Below are positions 61,082-64,000 of a DNA stretch of 64,000 nucleotides, one piece after another. A program made the translations under genes and the position numbers. This DNA comes from Eledone cirrhosa (Eukaryota): the NCBI GenBank assembly GCA_964016885.1, contig OZ024741.1, positions 380,494,001 to 380,558,000 of the forward strand, given 5' to 3'. Positions within the stretch are counted from its first letter, which is position 1. Every line of letters begins with the position of its first letter. The notes under the pieces are model-generated. The model made no database searches. It had not been told where the DNA came from and saw only the letters and a program-made list of their open reading frames with translations.

Positions 61082-63335
61082 GCTAAAAGACCTTTCACTA
61101 AAATACAAATTTAGGAAAGCCCTTCAAGATGTATATGATGAAAAAGAAGACGATTTAGAGACGTATGACATAGATAATAACTGGAATTTCTTACATGACA
61201 ACTTGCTGCAGGCTACTGATGAAATTTGTGGCTGGAGCAGACTTCCAACTAGACAGAGAGTGACCTGGTGGTGGAACAGCACAGTAGATAAGGCCATTAG
61301 AGACAAAATACTAGCATGGAAGTCTTGGAAAAATGGTGGGTGTAGGGAAGAATATACAGCCACTAAAAGAGAAGCTAGACGTCAGGTGTACTTAGCACGC
61401 AGGGAGGCTGAGAGTAGGAGGTTTGCCAATATTCTGCGATGGGAAGATCAGAGGCGTGCGGTGTTCCACATTGCAAGGCAGTGTGTCAATGCAAATCAGG
61501 ATGTTGTTGGAGATAAATGTGTCCGGAATGATGCCGGTGTACTTAGTGTCACGAATGATCAGAAAAAGGAGGCCTGGAAATGTCACTATGAGAGACGGAT
61601 GAATGTGGAGAACGAATGGGAGAGAGAAAAATTACCCTTAGTAGATCCGACAGAGGGACCAGCTATTGAGATTGACGAATATAGGGTCCAAGAGGCGATT
61701 AAGGAAATGAAAAATGGTAAGGTTGCTGGACCATGGGGAATAGTTGCTGAGATGCTGTAGGCATCAGGGGACGTAGGCACTAAACTGGTTGCATGCATCA
61801 TCAATCAGGCTATATATGGTGGTGTCATACCCAAAGACTGGTGCAGTAGTGTTCTCATAAATTGCTACAAAAGTAAAGGGGATGCTCTGGAGAGGAGCAA
61901 TTATAGGGGTATAAAACTGATGGATCAGGTTATGAAAGTGGAAGAAAGTATATTAGCACAACTAATTAGAGAAAGGGTCAAACTAGATGAGATGCAGTTT
62001 GGTTTTGTGCCTGGGAAGAGTACAACAGATGCACTCTTCTTGGTGAGACAATTGCAAGAGAGGGTCTTAGAGAAAAATAAGCCACTATACTTAGCCTTTG
62101 TTGACCTAGAGAAGACCTTTGATAGGGTACCCCGATCTGTCATCTGGTGGTCCCTAAGGAAGCTAGGTGTTGAGGAATGGTTTGTGAGGACAGTGCAAAC
62201 TTTGTACAGAAGTACTCTCAGTAAAGTCAGGGTAGGAATGGAGATTAGTGAGGAATTCCAGATACAAGTAGGAGTACATCAAGGTTCGGTTCTCAGCCCG
62301 CTCTTGTTCATTATAGTCCTCCAAGCCATAACAGAGGAGTTTAAGACTGGCTGTCCATGGGAACTTCTCTATGCTGATGATCTGGTTCTTATAGCAGAAT
62401 CAGTAGAGGAGCTAGAGAATAAATTCTGGCTTTGGAAACAGCAGTTGGAAGCAAGAGGACTGAAAGTGAACCTAGCTAAGACAAAAGTGTTGATGAGTAG
62501 AAAAGACGACAAAACTCTGATTCCGTCAGGGAAATGGCCATGTTCGATATGCAGAAAAGGAACTGGCATAAATTCTATAAAATGCACACAATGCAGATCC
62601 TGGGTACACAAGAGATGTAGCGGGATAGCAGGCAAACTAACAGGTAGGGAGAAATATGTATGCAGTAGATGTACAGGGAAATTAGGCAGTAGAAGTCGCA
62701 TTGATAGATACATTTTTCAAATGCAGGAGGGCACTATAGATGTGGTGGATAGCTTCCGGTACCTAGGAGATCAGATTAGCATGGGAGGAGGGTGTTCCCA
62801 GGCCATAGTATCTAGTATAAGGATGGGTTTCTCCCTGTGTACGAAAGGCTGGTTGTGTGATGTCTGTGTGAGGAGTGCGATGCTGCATGGTAGTGAGACA
62901 TGGGCAGCAACTGCAGAGGATATGCGACGGCTGGAGAGAAATGAGGCAGCAAGCATGCTCCGTTGGATGTGCAGTGTAAATGTGCATGAACGACCCAGCA
63001 TAAATGTGTTGAGAGAGAAACTGTGTCTGAGAGGGATAGAATGTAGTGTATGGGAGAGGAGACTGAGGTGGTATGGACATTTGATGCGCATGGAGGATGA
63101 CCGATGGGTGAAGAAGTGCCAGGAAATGCCAGTTGAAGGAAGACGTGGTAGAGGTAGACCACGACAAACATGGGCGGAGGTGGTGAGAACAGACCTCAGA
63201 TCATTGAAGCTCACGATGGAGATGACGAAGGACCGTGACGAGTGGAGAGATGGTGTGCTGAATAAGACCCGTCCCACCGTTGCAAGCAGGGAAAAGTGGA
63301 CGTAAAATGATGATGATGATGATGATGATGATGAT
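61081..63335 (+). mobile_element. RTE-clade LINE, 5'-truncated, ORF runs to the (GAT)n tail
   Basis: ORFs 61203..61760 and 61920..63305 share one frame with a single TAG; QFGF, FVDLEKTFDRVP, HQGSVLSP, YADD, C4HC3 finger, FRYLG, GRPRQTW. Confidence 0.95.
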
Positions 63336-63359
63336 ATATATATATATATGTATATACAT

Positions 63360-63674
63360 ATTAATGGTTAGAGCATTGGCCTTGCAATCGAAAGGTTGTG
63401 GGTTCAATTGTGTTGTTTCCTTGAGCAAGACACTTTATTTCACATTGCTCCAGTTTACTCAGCTGTAGAAATGAGATGATAGGGACTGGGATCCCTATCA
63501 TTCCACTGCAAAGTGGTTGTGGAGGTGCCACAGCAGAAAAGCACACAGCACTCACTGTAAATGAGGTTGGTGTTAGGAAGGGCATCGAGCTGTAGAAATC
63601 AACCCAGAATCAGTTCCCGTCCCACCCTTGCAAGCAGGGAAAAAGCGGACGTAAAATGAAATGATGAAATGATG

Positions 63675-63675
<1 letters not shown>
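63360..63675 (+). mobile_element. tRNA-derived CORE-like SINE with RTE-derived 3' tail
   Basis: TGGTTAGAGC...GGGTTCAAT head, CCTTGAGCAAGACACTT..TTGCTCCAG core, and a tail matching 63268-63312 of the adjacent LINE. Confidence 0.8.
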
Positions 63676-63736
<61 letters not shown>

Positions 63737-64000
63737 GTAGGAGGTGAGTTTTATTGTAGTACAATAAAGCAATGCAGATATCGGATAAGAAGCACTCTAC
63801 AGTTTGTAGGACTGGAGTATACATAATACATAAACAAAAGATGGTTAAAATATAGAATCTTTTGGAAGAAGGTTTCTTCTGCGTCTCTATACTTGAACAG
63901 TTCTCCATCCAAGATTTGCAATCTCTGTCTAAATGAAAAATTTACCATTATATCTAATTTAGATTCTATAATAAATAGACGCACTGACTTGTTTTCTATC

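Overview
AT-rich eukaryotic genomic DNA made almost entirely of transposable elements and microsatellites. The (TA)n/(CAT)n tracts, RTE LINEs with (GAT)n tails and tRNA-derived SINE types suggest a cephalopod such as Octopus; this is inferred from repeat types and not verified. I found no host protein-coding gene I can support. Main contents: (1) a 5'-truncated Penelope-like element with an inverted pseudo-LTR and a candidate hammerhead ribozyme (0.7-2.95 kb); (2) a decayed mariner transposase (5.3-6.2 kb); (3) five long RTE-clade LINE copies, four of them with a PHD-like finger inside the RT region; (4) two adjacent palindromes centred on (TA)n (27.7-28.7 kb); (5) a ~21-kb head-to-tail array (30.0-51.3 kb) of five Tx1/L1-like retrotransposon copies from three subfamilies, joined through (ATT)n tails. 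The array also holds a co-oriented 5'-truncated SINE whose 3' end resembles the Tx1 3' end, and an oppositely oriented R4/Dong-like RLE element ending in the same microsatellite. The best candidate system is this (ATT)n 'tail equals target' Tx1 family plus its apparent partner SINE. All element ORFs carry stops or frameshifts. Boundaries were set by eye and are approximate unless a junction is quoted.
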